Below, piece by piece: positions 63,601 to 64,000 of a DNA stretch of 64,000 nucleotides (positions are counted from its first letter, which is position 1; the number at the start of each line of letters is the position of its first letter). This stretch comes from Eledone cirrhosa (Eukaryota): NCBI GenBank assembly GCA_964016885.1, contig OZ024743.1:154132001-154196000 (forward strand), written 5' to 3'. Position numbers and translations under genes: made by a program. A model generated the notes under the pieces. The model made no database searches. It saw only the letters and a program-made list of their open reading frames with translations, and had not been told where the DNA came from.

Positions 63601-64000
63601 ATGATGATGATATCTATGTGTACATGTGAATGGGTACATGTGTATGTATTGGCTATGCTAAGTACACTGTTTACATATACTATACTTTATAGCTTATACT
63701 ATGGGCAGTGTGGTTTTAGATTGCTATTATATCAATTTTAAAAGAATGCTAGGTTTACTTCTTTTTCTTCCCTCTAATTCCTTATTCTCGGCAAACTCTG
63801 GTATATTTCGCTATTTTTCTTCCTTCCACTATTATATACTGTTTTGTTTGTACTTGGGATCTAATGTAAAGATAAAGAAAAGTGTATTCCTGGTAGGTTT
63901 ACTTAGAAACGTATCTAGGTCTAGTTTGTGTAAATGCTCAAAATTAAAAAAAATGTCCTTCAGTTCACTTCCAGAAGCAAAGGTAATTTTTATAGTCTCT

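Overview
AT-rich, microsatellite-laden eukaryotic DNA with no recognisable intact host gene. The tRNA-derived SINE family resembles the octopus OK/OR SINEs, so a cephalopod source is likely (inference). The window is mostly decayed transposons: two Tx1/L1-clade LINEs, two R4/Dong-type REL elements, RTE fragments (one ending in three C2H2 fingers), three Penelope-like elements (two Naiad-like), a hATm-like transposase relic, non-autonomous Helitrons and many SINEs. The ORF track misses the main signal, a set of about ten minimal type I hammerhead-ribozyme motifs or half-motifs. Many lie in short non-coding fold-back elements inserted in (TA)n tracts, and three of these fold back inside a ribozyme stem. 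Also notable are strongly T>C-biased SINE copies (ADAR-like or GC-biased conversion), a twin-priming-like 5' inversion in a Tx1 element, a SINE 3' end resembling the Tx1 3' end, and locally templated insertion scars. All alignments, folds and substitution counts were done by eye and none were computed.
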